Positions 53,013-64,000 of a stretch of DNA of 64,000 bases are shown piece by piece. Where the stretch lies: the NCBI GenBank assembly GCA_031835245.2, contig JAVKOQ020000001.1, forward strand, positions 1-64,000. The letters run 5' to 3'. The translations under genes were made by a program, and so were the position numbers. The notes under the pieces were generated by a model. The model did no database searches. It saw nothing but the letters and a program-made list of their open reading frames with translations, and was not told the DNA's origin. The stretch is from Balamuthia mandrillaris. Lineage: Eukaryota. Position 1 is the stretch's first letter; each line of letters starts with the position of its first letter.

Positions 53013-55609
53013 ATGGACGCCACTCCGCCAGAGTTTACGCTAGCGAGGGAGGGAGCTCCCATGGGACCTACCCCCGCGGACAAGCAGGGCAGGGCGGGTC
53101 CCCACCGGCCCGAGCAGTTCCGCCAGCCCTCGGAGACCATGGCGGGCGCCCCCAACACCCAGCACGACCCTCACGTCTGCATGAGCGACACCGAGGCCTC
53201 GTTTTGGGACAGCATCCTGGGGGACGTGGAGACGATCGAGGGGCTGTCGGAAACCTTCTCCGAGTCCCTGCAGGAGCAGCAGAAGATCAGGGAGCAGCCG
53301 GAGGAGTGTCCGCTGCCTCTGCCGCTGCCGCTGGAGGTGGTGCCTCTGCCCCACCAACACCACCACCACCGCCATCAGAGCCGTGCTCGCTCTCTTCCTC
53401 TTTCCGCTGAGAAACCAAGAACAGGCGGCGAGGCTGCCCACCCGTTCTACTCTTCCTCCAACTCCTCCTTCTCTTCCGTCTCCTCCTCTCCTCTTCCGTC
53501 GGTTCGCTCGCCCGAGGCAGTGGCTGTAGCAGATCGGATAGAAGCGGCCGCAGAGGAAATGAAGAGAAAACGAGGAAGAAAAAGAGGGAGAGAGGAAGCA
53601 ACGTCGATGGAAGACGGAATGCCGACAGGAACGATGACCACTGCTGGGAGCAAAGAACATGCCCTCCAAATCGTCACGAAGCTGCTCCACGAACCGCTCA
53701 AGTTGGAAGACGCATTGGAGGCTCTTGAGGAGTACGAAGACCTGCACCACGAGGAAGGAAGGACGGTGCTGCAAAAGTATCATGAGTTGAAGGCTCGGGT
53801 GCAAGAGAAGACCATGTGGAACTTGTGGAGGCATGACACGCACTTGGGGTTCTTTGAGGAGTTGTTGCAGATGCTCAAGTTTTATTTTACAAATTGGATG
53901 GCGTTGCCTTTGCCACCTGTTGCTTTGCTGCCAGAAGCTATACAGTACTCACTCTCTCTTTTTGTACTGCTTCTGCTTGCTTGCTTCTTCTTCTTTTTCT
54001 CTTTCTCTTTCTCTTTCTCTCTTTTCTGCCTTTTTCATTCTACTTTGCAACTAATGGAGGGAAACGACGCGGTCTATCCAAAGGTACTCTTTGTTACATG
54101 AAGAAGAAGACGGATGTGTCGATCACCTTCTCATGAAAGCGAGTTTGCGATTAGCTTTGGGCTTTGGTAAAGTATCTTTCTTTGTGTTTGTTTGGGTTTT
54201 CGCTCCATTTGCTGACAAAGACTCTTTCGGCTGCAGCATTTTTATTGTTGGACGAAAAGAGACAACATGTTGAGGAGGCTTTTTCTCACGTGTATCAGGC
54301 TCGAACATACCTCGGTCATCTCTTTGATCATACAGATTATAACGTGGCTCTCAACTTGCACGCGCTGGCATTCCTCAGCATTCTCTTGTAATGCATCCTG
54401 CTGTATTTCTTGTCTTTCTCTCCTTCTGCTTCAAATTTGTTTCTAACTTTCTGCAAAAGGATAAGAGACACAGAACGAGCCAGTTACTACTTAACATTAT
54501 GCGTGCGCATCTGCGACACTCTCCAGTTTAGCAACAGCAATGCCTTCTATGGTAGCGTCTACTGTCAAATGGTACACTTTCCTTGTCCTGAGGAACAGCT
54601 TTACAACATCATGGACCACGTGTCCAAAGCGCAGGAGGGCAGGCAACGGTTGATCATCATCCCGGAGGATTTGGTTAAAGGTAACCCAATCATGCCGGAA
54701 TATGTGTTTGACAAACGACAGCAGTTGGGCGTTACAATGTGTCTTCGTATCTTGACCAAAATCTTGTTAGCTCTGCGCGGTATCCACTTGCTCCACTCGT
54801 TCTCTCTCTTTCTCCCTCTCTTTCTCCCTCTCTTTCTCCGGTCTTCTTGTTCTATCCTTTCCTTTTTCTTCCTCAGATGGCTTCTGTCCATCTCTGCTTC
54901 TGTAAGTTTCCTTTTTGGACAAACCTAGCTCACCAGCATTTGAATAGTATTAAAACTCAAGGAGCATCTCTGCCCTGCCATGATGGCTCCCATTTTCGAC
55001 ACCATCTCTCGGCTGAACGAACTCTCCGATGATCCACATCTCCGCCCCGTTGAACTTATGATCAAAGCCTTCGTCTGCGCCGCTTCCGCTCACTGCAACT
55101 TTCTCCTCCAGCAACGAGCTGAGGCAGTCGCTTGGGGCAACCAGTTCTTGCAGTTAACCAGAAAGAAGGCCTACAAGTTTGTCATCTTCACGGCGAAGCC
55201 TACGATCGAATGGGTGTTGGAGGTGTTCTACTGTTGCGGCCACGAGAGCTTGTTGCTGTCGTTGCTGCATAGCGTTCATATGGACGCCACGCGGTTCATG
55301 GTGGTTAGACAGGCCAGGGACTACTATGAGAAGCTGTTAGGAAAGAGGAGAAACATAGCGCCGGTGGAGAGCGAGGAGGAGGAAGAGAGAATACAAAGAG
55401 AAGTAGAAGGAGCGGGGGTAAAGAAGAAACAGAGGAAGAAACAGGAGAAGAAAAAGAAGGCCTCGAAGAAGAAGAGCAAGAAGAAGGAGAACGAAAGGGA
55501 GAAAGGGAAAAAGCGGGAGGAGGACGGAGTGCAGCAGCCAGAAAGGAAGAAGAAGAGAGGAAGCCGAGCAAAACGAAGCAGAGAAGCTAGTGAGAACGAC
55601 GATGGCTGA
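53013..55609 (+). CDS. Hypothetical protein (helical core, basic NLS-like segments)
   Basis: Long open exons separated by pyrimidine-rich GT-AG introns; KRKRGRKR and a Lys-rich C-terminus. No family recognised. Confidence 0.65.
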
Positions 55610-56114
55610 AGATGAGAGATTTATGTGTGTGTACTCTTTTGTTGACAATACCATAACCACTGTAGATACTTTGTTGGCAAAAACAACACGTTCATTATCT
55701 CTTGAATGAAGGCACGTGGTATTATACAAAAGCAACGAGGGAAGACCAACGAAAAATAGGAGATATTAATCATGACGACATGGAAGATTTCCAATGACGA
55801 CACGAATGAATAATTTCGTTGCCCCGCATAAGAGGAACGACCATGGTGAGCACCACGTCTGGCGGGGGCGGGTCTTCCCACGCTGGACATATCCTTTCGA
55901 GGTTTGCCCCGCCTTCATTTACCGTATCCATTTTTCGCCTTTTTCCGAATATTTTTTTATTGTCAATTTTTTCTTTCTCTCTTTTTCTCTCTTTTTCTCT
56001 TCTTTGGTAGAAAAAGACGAGGAGGAGGAGGAGCACCTTAGCAAGCAAGCAAGCAGAGCAGGCCAAACGCAAAGGGGGAAAAGGGGGACGAACGAAACAA
56101 AAAACCGGAAAACG

Positions 56115-56861
56115 ATGGACTACTCGCAGCAACCACCACAGCAAGACGCCCAGCCTTTGCTCTACCAGCAACAGCAGCCGCCCCAACAGCAGGGAGGCTA
56201 TCCCCCTCAAGCCCCTCCCGCTGGCTTCTACCAGGGTCCCCCCGCCGCTGTCACCATCAACAAACGATTCAACGAGCTGTACGTTTTTTTTTTTTGAACC
56301 TCCTCTTCCCTTTTTATTTTTTCTTCTTCTTTTTCAAGAGACTCCAAACCTTTTGATGAAGAAGAGGGCTTTTGTTCTTGTTCCCCCTTCCCCCTTCCTC
56401 AGCTCTTTTTTTTTTTGCATCGACTCATCCGAAAACGTTTTTCATCTTTCCCCCCCCTTTTTTTTTCTTCTTCCTTTCCTTTTGTCCTCTTGGTAGCCCC
56501 GAGATGCACGTTTGTCAATGGTGCGGAACTCAAGGCGTGACCAACACGGAGAACGTTCCCGGACTCATCACCTATGCCTCTGCTGGCGTGATCTGTCTTG
56601 TGGGAGGCTGGTTGGGCTGCTTCCTCATCCCCTTCTGCATTGACTCCTGCCAGGATGTTGAGGTACCTCTTTTTTTAAAAAAAATTCCTCCCTTCCTCTG
56701 TCCTTCCTTCTTTGTTTCTCTTCTTTGCTTCTCTTTCTCTTTTACCCACTTTTTATGCAAGCAAAGACTAACGAGTTATTGCTATTCTCTTCTTTGTTTG
56801 CTTTCTACAGCACTTCTGTCCTTCCTGCAGGCAGCTTGTCGGCAAGTACCAACGTTTGTAA
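56115..56861 (+). CDS. LITAF-like zinc-ribbon membrane protein
   Basis: Pro/Gln-rich N-terminus, CQWC..hydrophobic segment..CFLIPFCID.C.DVE|HFCPSC. Confidence 0.9.
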
Positions 56862-57271
56862 AACTCTTCTTCCTACATACCTGCATGAAAGAAGTTCTCT
56901 TTATCACCATTCTTCCTGTCCCTTTCTTTCTTTCTTCTATTCTTTCCCCTCTCTTTCTCTCTGAGAAAGAAAGGAAAGTGGAAGAAGGCAGAAGGATCAG
57001 CCAAAGAATTAACAAACAGCCTTGCACCAAAACGCCTTTTCACCACCACAACACTCTTGTGTTTGTCTTAACTTATTATATCCATTCTTCTCTTCTTGCT
57101 TCCTCAATCCCCCTTATGCCCGCATCACTTTCTTCTTTTCTTTTTGTCGTTTTAGTTTCTTGCGGCATCACCGCCGAAAGAAGCACCTAAACCAGTGCGA
57201 AGGCATACCTTTACAGAGGAGTGGTTTGAACATCACAACCGGCCATACTGTGAGAAAGTGAGCACACTGTC

Positions 57272-57390
57272 GGATACGGCCATACTGCGGAGAAAGCACC
57301 GCTTCCCGTCCGATCAGCGAAGTTAAGCTCCGCCAGGCGATGTTAGTACTGGGGTGGGTGACCACCCGGGAATCCATCGTGCTGTATCCT
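57272..57390 (+). rRNA. 5S ribosomal RNA
   Basis: 119 nt from GGATACGGCCATAC through CGAAGTTAAGC and GTTAGTACT to GCTGTATCCT; the 5' and 3' ends pair; resembles the Acanthamoeba-type 5S. Confidence 0.97.
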
Positions 57391-57400
57391 TTTTTTTTTT
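57390..57400 (+). terminator. RNA polymerase III oligo-T terminator
   Basis: T11 run at the 5S 3' end. Confidence 0.85.
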
Positions 57401-58404
57401 GGGAGTTGCTGTGGTGTTGTTGTTGCAACTTCTCCACTTTTTTCAACCCTTCTCTTCTCCATGAAGAGGAAAAACAACTGCCTGTCAAGAGAAAAAGCAA
57501 GATTGAAGGAATGTTCCACGCAGCCATGGAAAAGCTTTATCACCACTTGTATTTCGCTGCATTCTTCATGCTCAAAGTGAACACTTGCGTCTCCTGCACC
57601 GGGTGATTGATTGATATATATCACCTTGTTTCCTTAACATATTCTTGTTCGTTTACTGAAACGGACCCTTCCCTCTATTACTAGCAGTGCCTCTAAAGTC
57701 CGCAAAGCTGGTTCCCACAGGGAGAAGAAAGAACACTTGTTACTACTTAATGATTCTTTCAAGTCCAAAGTTGGTTTTCTAACAACATTTCTTCATGAAA
57801 CGAGAGAGAGAGAGAGAGAGCAAAATAGAAATGGAGAATAAGAAATAGAAAATAAAAAGTTTTCTTTCTTTGCTGAACTAAGTAAGACACAGGCCACTCA
57901 AATAGATATACATGCAAACATTCTTCCATAACAAAAACGAAATAAATAAAAAACGAATGATAAGGTTTCTTCTGTTGGCCTAGCGGCGGCAGACAGGATG
58001 CCTTCCACGAGGTACGTGGCCATTGGCACCAAAGGCACCAGCGCACACGTAGAAGGTGAGCAATAATCGAGAAAAATCAGTTAGAGCCTACACTACTAAA
58101 ATAGAACGATAGAAAAAGAGAGGGTAACGAACCGAGGAGAAAAACGGTCTCCTCCGCAGGAGTACAGTCGGAGAGGAACATGGAACGGGCGGTGCCAAAA
58201 GCACACAAAGAAGCTGCCAGATGAGAGAAGCTTGTTGCCGATGTTGTCGTCCCGCAGTTCCTTCCTAGGAACGGGTCGTTGAGAGGGAGATCCAACTCTT
58301 GCTCAATGTAAGGAGGAGACGGTGGTCTTATTTTGTGTTGTGCCTCATCTCTGATGAAAGGCGAACACGTACATACAAGTTAGTTACAACACAAAGAGGA
58401 ATAC

Positions 58405-59841
58405 TTACCTGATCTGCATGTTCCTCACGCGAATGCTGTTAGTCGAAGAGCTCGAGCATCCATCCTTGCCGGTCAACGCCGAGGCCTTGACCGCTCCGTT
58501 CTTCTCGGTCGCGGTGGTAGACTTGGCGGGCCATACCTTCCAAAACTTGAGTCGCTCATCCGCACCAGCGGAGACGACGGTCTCACCATCGGGGCTCATG
58601 GCCATGTGGAGAACTCGTTGGGTGTGCCCACGGAGCTCGGTGACCTTGACCAACGAAGGATACTTCCAGACCGTCAATTGGTTCTCCGAGAAGCCGTGAG
58701 AAGAGACCAGCTCGCGGTGGGTCTTGCTCCAAACCAAGGAACAGACCTGAGAGTGGGTGTCCACCGAGTTCAGCAAGGTGCCAGTCTTGGTGTTCCAGAA
58801 CTTGATGCAGCGGTCAGTGGTGCCTCCGCCCGTGGCCAAGAGGTTGTACTGGAAGGGGCACCAGGCCACAGCCTTAACTGCAGCCATGTGATCGTCAAAG
58901 GTGAAGCGAGGCTCGTTAGGATTGCCAGTGGAGGAAGAGGAGAAGGGCTCCCAGATGTTGAGCAAGTTGTCATTGCCGCCGGAAGCCAACTGGCTGCCGT
59001 CCTTGCTCCACTGCAAACCGCAGACCTCCTGGGTGTGTCCCTGCAAGACCGACACGCGGTGTTGAGCCTGACGGACGTCGCTGTTGAAGATCATGCCAGA
59101 GCGAGAGCCAGTGGAGAGGATGCTTTGGTTCCAAGACATGGAGCCAACGCGCGCCTCGTGGCCTTTCAAAGTCCTCAACTTAACGCCATGGTTGACGTCC
59201 CAGAGCTGAACCTGAGCGTCCTCCGTGCCAACGGCGAGGGCGTTGCCATCCATAGTCCAGGAGAGGGAGGTGACAATGTTGGAGGGGTTCTCTTCGTCAA
59301 GGGTCATCAGCTCGGTGATCTCGCTGGTGGTGGCGTTCCAGAGGTAGATAGACTGGCTGAGAGCAATGGCCAGGACGTTGGTGGAGCTCCAGTCCAAGAG
59401 GTTGAGGTAGTAGTTGTCGACCAGGTTGGGGGCGTCCAACACGCGTTCAGGGGCGGAGGGGATGGCTCGTTCCTTGCGGGAGACGCGGGGGTGCAGCTGA
59501 GAGTCCATCTTGTTCTGGCTGTAGAGGATGCGGAGGCGGTTCTCGTAGGTGTCGCTGGGGGCAGGGGCCTTGTGCTTGAAGGCCAGGACCTTGCTACCAC
59601 TCATCATGGACTTGGCGGAGGAGCTGTCAAAGAGGGACTTGGCCAGGGACTCCTTGTACAGCTCTTTGGAGGGGCTCTGTAGGAGAACGTTGGGGTTAGT
59701 GTTTTCAGAGGAGGAGGTGAGGTTAAAGTTAGCAATGTCCATGTCCATAGCCTTGCGGCTAGGAATGAACCGATCTCCAGGATCGTTTCTATTCTTCTTG
59801 GGGGTAGCAAAGCTCTTCTTGGGAGTGGAGTAGCCCTTCAT
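58405..59841 (-). CDS. CDC20: APC/C co-activator Cdc20/Fizzy
   Basis: C-box DRFIPSR, KVLAFK Mad2-binding-like motif, ERVLDAP..DNYYLNLLDWS, seven WD40 repeats and C-terminal IR. Confidence 0.95.
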   Translation of the reverse strand: MKGYSTPKKSFATPKKNRNDPGDRFIPSRKAMDMDIANFNLTSSSENTNPNVLLQSPSKELYKESLAKSLFDSSSAKSMMSGSKVLAFKHKAPAPSDTYENRLRILYSQNKMDSQLHPRVSRKERAIPSAPERVLDAPNLVDNYYLNLLDWSSTNVLAIALSQSIYLWNATTSEITELMTLDEENPSNIVTSLSWTMDGNALAVGTEDAQVQLWDVNHGVKLRTLKGHEARVGSMSWNQSILSTGSRSGMIFNSDVRQAQHRVSVLQGHTQEVCGLQWSKDGSQLASGGNDNLLNIWEPFSSSSTGNPNEPRFTFDDHMAAVKAVAWCPFQYNLLATGGGTTDRCIKFWNTKTGTLLNSVDTHSQVCSLVWSKTHRELVSSHGFSENQLTVWKYPSLVKVTELRGHTQRVLHMAMSPDGETVVSAGADERLKFWKVWPAKSTTATEKNGAVKASALTGKDGCSSSSTNSIRVRNMQIR

Positions 59842-59921
59842 CTTTTTAAAGTGTGTGTGTGAGAGAGTGAGAGAAACTTGTTTGTTTGGGGGAAGTTTGT
59901 GTGTGCAAAAAGTCTGCAGGT

Positions 59922-60006
59922 TTTGAAAATAAAACAAGGTCAGCCTTTTATATTTGTTCCTCTCTTGTAACGGTCGCCCAAAAAACCGTTATGCTTTTCC
60001 CGCCAA
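59922..60006. promoter_or_regulatory. CDC20 promoter: CHR-like TTTGAA, TATA, two TAACGG sites, E2F site
   Basis: TTTGAA at 59922, TATAAAA (minus strand) at 59946-59952, TAACGGTCG at 59968, AACCGTTA at 59984 and TTTTCCCGCCAA at 59995. Confidence 0.55.
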
Positions 60007-60813
60007 TTTTCTTCCTGTCACGTCGTCTCGAATACTTTATGGCATGTTTGCCACATGGCTGGGTGGCATGCCACCCGAACCTTTTTTTTTGCGGACGCTC
60101 AGAAGGAAATGTTTTTGTCGACTGCATTACATTTCTCGTCGACAGGATGGAAACTTGATGGAAATGTGACGAGCAAAAAGAGAGGTTTGCCGTTACACTT
60201 TCCTTGAGAAAAGGAAGAAAGGCGGTTTAACCTCGTGACTGGAAATGGTTTCTCTGGGGTCCCCCGCTGAAACCCATGGGTTTCCCACGGGAGCCCACTG
60301 CGTCTTATTGCCAGTGGGAGGGCACTTTGTCCGAATATGGTCGAGCTTTCTCTCCCCTCCCTTTCTTCTCTCCCCCTGTTCCGTTCTTTCTCCTACCGAG
60401 CCTTTCCTTTTTGCCTTTTTTTTGTTGGCTGTTGTGCGTTGATTCAAAACCAGAACTCGAGTGACACTCTCCCTGAGTTTTATTTATCAAACTTGTAACA
60501 CCAAACAAACAAACCCAAACCCAAACCCAAACCTCCACACTACTCTGAACAAACGAACAAACAGAGAGCTTGCTTGCGTCCTCTTGCTGTCTTTTTTGTT
60601 GTTGTTCAAAGCGTGCTACCCATTTCTTTTTCTTTTTTTTTTAAAAAAAACCCAGCCACTACGTCGTCGTCAACTTTGTCTTCATCTTCCCCCTCCTTTC
60701 TTCCCTCTTTTCTTTCCTTCCTCTCCCCGACCACCAAAAAGAGTAGCAGCGACGACAGCACCAGCGCCACGCAACCAAACGCCAACACGGCCACAGAGCC
60801 AACCACCACCAAG

Positions 60814-61930
60814 ATGATGCTGCAGGGCAAGACGGGGGACTGGGGGGAGGGAGAGGTGGAGGAGTGGCTGAAGAAGAAGAAGAGCGACACGGAGAGGAAG
60901 AACGACAAGGAGTGGGAGAAAAGGTACCCTGGCCTCTACGACAATGGCGTCTCCTACCACTACGACCTGGTGAGGATCCACGACGAGCTCAAGTACATGG
61001 ACAAAATTGCTGGCAGCAAAGCCCACGTTTATGGAGAGGTTCGTTCGTTCTTCCTTTCTTTCGTTCGTTCGTTCGTTTTGTCCTTCTTCTACTTTGTTTT
61101 TTTTTTAAAGATTAGATGAAAGTCTTTTCAAAAAAAAAAGTAGTAGTAGCGAAGAAGGTGAACAAGTGATGTAAACTTACCTTCTTTTTTTTTCCTCCTC
61201 TCTTTGTCTCGTTCGACAGATCACACCAGGAAGCGTGGACAGGATCATGGCCAAGGTACAGTTAAACTCCAAGGACATCTTCTACGACCTCGGCTCGGGG
61301 GTAGGCAAGGTGGTCATCCAGATAGGCCTGGAGAGCCCAGTGAAGAAGAGCATTGGCCTGGAGCTGAGCCACACGCGCTACGAGAGGGCTAGAGAGGCGC
61401 TCAGCAGGCTCAAGTACCACCCCACAAAGCACTTCTCCAAGAAGGACCTGGCAAAAGTGGACTTTAGGGAGGAGGACTTTGGGTTGGGGGATTGGAAGGA
61501 CGCCACCGTGGTCTACATGTGCAATACCTGCTACCCCGTGGAGCTCATCGCCAAAGTGGTGTTTCACCTGAGGCTCTGTCCGAACATCAGATACGTGCTG
61601 GCCTACGAGGTCTGGAACAAGTGGGGCAAAGTGACGAGCATGCTGGAAGACGCGGGCTTCACTCTAGTCGATCGATTCCGTGTTAGGTTTGTTTTGCTTC
61701 CATTATGATAGGAGGAAAGAAGAAAACAATAACTAACCTGCACAAAAAATAACCAACAAACACTTTATAGGACGTCGTGGGATGCTCCGTTTCTGCTTGT
61801 GTTCCGCCCAACGGCATCAAGGAAGGAGGCCACCAGGCGAGGCAAAGCGGCCAGCGCGGAGCTGTATTTGGAGGGGGAGGACGAGGAGAAGGATGGTCAA
61901 TCGAAACCAGCGCCGAGCCAACGAAAGTGA
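60814..61930 (+). CDS. DOT1-like SAM-dependent methyltransferase (3 exons; start uncertain)
   Basis: VYGE|IT, FYDLGSGVGKVV, SIGLELS..R, ATVVYMCN and TSW, typical of DOT1 catalytic cores. Confidence 0.75.
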
Positions 61931-62148
61931 TCACACCACAAAAAAACGCAAGAGCAGAGCTGGTCGGGTCGAGGAGAAAGGCTTCTCAGAGGAGAGATGC
62001 TTTTGCTTTGTTAACCCTCTTCCCTTCTTTTTTTTTTTTGTTTTCATTTTCTTTCTATATTTGTTGTGCATATTTGAACAAAGGTGACGTCATTAAGAAC
62101 TGAGGTTTTTTGCAGACACCTATCCGTTCACGTCGTCCTTACATGCCT

Positions 62149-62279
62149 GTTGTCTGGGTGTAACGGAAAAATATTCGGCGCTTTTTTCGGGCATTAATTT
62201 CGGTTAAAACGGTTGTCTGGGTGTAACGGAAAAATATTCGGCGCTTTTTTCGGGCATTAATTTCGGTTAAAACGGTTGT
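62149..62279. repeat. Perfect 63-bp tandem duplication
   Basis: 62149-62211 is identical to 62212-62274, followed by a third GTTGT. Confidence 0.95.
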
Positions 62280-63454
62280 TTCCCAGTTGCGCGACGCGTA
62301 TTATCGGGCAAAATAACAAAACTAAGGAACTCAATTTTAAAAATGGGTTTGTTTTAAAACAAACAAGTTGGAAACTTCTGCCAAGAGAGACGTGTCACCT
62401 TTCGTCTTTTTCTTGTTTCTTCCAGAAACAAACCCTTTGGAAGTTTCTTCCCCTCGGTACATTTTTTTTCCGCCCTTCTACTTCCAGGAAAGGCCGGCTC
62501 CTCTCTCTCTCTCTCTCTCTCCCGCTCTGTCATCCTTTGTCTCCACGTCCACCTCTTAAGCTTCTGTAGGCCACACTACACACGATACCCGATACTACTA
62601 TTTGTTTTTTTTTTTTTTTTTGTAAAGAGACCAGCAACAAAAAGCCGAAAAAGAAACAGAAGCACCAAAAGGAAGCACCGCAACATTGATCCTCCCTACG
62701 GGACTCTCCCTACGCTCTGTGTGATTTTTTTTATTTATTTGTTAACCATCGAGAAACTCCTCCTCCTCCTCCGTTCAACTCCATCTTCATCCAAAAGAAA
62801 GAAAGAAAGAACGAACGCAAGCAAGCAAGCAAGCGGCGGCACCGACTCCGACCCACCTTTTCCTTATTATATTTTTTTTTTTTTTGTCAATCTTTTCAAG
62901 TTTGTTTGGAGTTTCGTTTGATTTGTTTTGAATAGTGGTGGTGGCGGCAGCAGCGGCAGCGGCGGCAAGGAAGACAAGGTGCTTTGGTTGTTGAAGGAAG
63001 ACGAGTACCAGCAAAGAAAAGAGGACACTAAGGAGATTGAAAAAAACAACAACAACAACAGAGCAGCGCGCTCATCCAACAACCTTTTTTTTTTAATTGT
63101 ACTTTCTTCCAACTTTCTGTGGAGCGCTCCACTCCGTTCTATTCTGCTCCAAGCTTTTCCTCCTGGTTACCTTTCAAACACTTCAAAAAAAAAACAAGAA
63201 CCTCTGCTTCTTCTTCGTTCCCCTTTTCTTCCTCCTGCCTCTTTGTCTACTGCTTCCGCTTTGAACGAAAGCAAGATAGGAAACACACACAGACGCGCAC
63301 ACGCAAAAAGGAACTTGGATCGGCCACCGCGAACGAACGACTTGGTGCCGAGAAGAGACGACGACGACGCAGCGGCCTTGGTGTCTCGACACGCATGACA
63401 GCAACGCAGCAGTAAACATACGAAACAACAACAACAAACACACACACACGCGCG

Positions 63455-63535
63455 ATGCTACCGCCGGCTGCACACTCCATACCACCACGTACGTTTCTTT
63501 TTTTTTTTGGTCCCCATCCTTTTGGATGAACGAAC

Positions 63536-63576
<41 letters not shown>

Positions 63577-64000
63577 CTCATCGGTTTAATGATTTGCTTC
63601 ACGGCAGCACCTGCGAGCGCCATGTTGGGAGAGCAACTCAACGGCTACAAGCTCTGTCGCATCCTGGGGACCGGCTCCGATGCCACCGTCTGGCTTGCTC
63701 AACGCTCCTCCCCCGCCTCTCCCTCCTCCAACGAAACACAACACCCGCAACCCTGCTGTGCCATCAAAGTGGTCTCCAAGCTCAAAGTAGGTCAGGAGGG
63801 TGTCCTCCGCGTCCGCCTCGAGGCCAAAGTCATGCAACGCCTCAACGGCCATCCGCACATCATTCAGCTCTTTGAGTTTGTGGAGACCGAGCGATACCTC
63901 TTCCTGGTCATGGAGCTGGCCGAAGGGATGGACCTCTTCGAGGCCCTCTACAACGAGCATCCCGCCTCGGAGGCCCTGAGGAACGGAGCCACGGAGGCCT
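63455..64000 (+). CDS. Ser/Thr protein kinase, CAMK-like (runs off the window)
   Basis: YKLCRILGTGSDATVWL, CAIKVVSK, E..VMQRLNGHPHIIQLFE and LFLVMEL. Confidence 0.85.

Noticed and set aside
57400..58076. Independent protein gene between the 5S gene and CDC20
   Set aside because: Only short ORFs without motifs or a consistent exon chain. They could be further exons or UTR of the extended CDC20 transcript.
58606..59682. 358-aa ORF antisense to CDC20 (and similar ORFs opposite ARF1 and the Cys-rich gene)
   Set aside because: Shadow ORFs expected from GC-rich codon usage, with no recognisable motifs.
62928..63398. 156-aa ORF upstream of the kinase
   Set aside because: It starts at a non-ATG codon and is low-complexity, so it is more likely 5' UTR or intron sequence.

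Overview
Gene-dense, intron-rich eukaryotic DNA. The 5S rRNA and gene content point to an amoebozoan of the Acanthamoeba/Balamuthia group (inference). About 26 protein genes lie on both strands with short intergenic gaps: SMC5, WDR53, an ammonium transporter, XPC/RAD4, a 2OG-Fe(II) oxygenase, a classical PTP, a large Cys-rich type-I surface protein, a carbohydrate sulfotransferase, an SLC35/TPT transporter, a peroxiredoxin-like protein, two BTB proteins, Aurora kinase, a ThiE-ThiM (THI6) fusion, DTD2/ATD, two tandem Frizzled/Smoothened-like receptors, ARF1, a giant PPR protein, an M28 peptidase, a hypothetical protein, LITAF, CDC20, a DOT1-like methyltransferase, a CAMK-like kinase and a partial gene at the left edge. 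There is also one dispersed 5S rRNA gene. The most notable observations are: (1) the CDC20 IR-tail stop codon sits inside a perfect splice donor whose use would add an in-frame extension; (2) Aurora and CDC20 promoters share MSA(MYB)+E2F elements; (3) a recurrent paired TGTCGACA palindrome occurs in many promoters; (4) a Sib/integrin-beta-like surface protein carries a bacterial-type THxN domain; (5) an ATD-type tRNA deacylase occurs outside animals; (6) introns often end in A-rich AAG acceptors. Gene boundaries were spliced by hand and no database searches were run.
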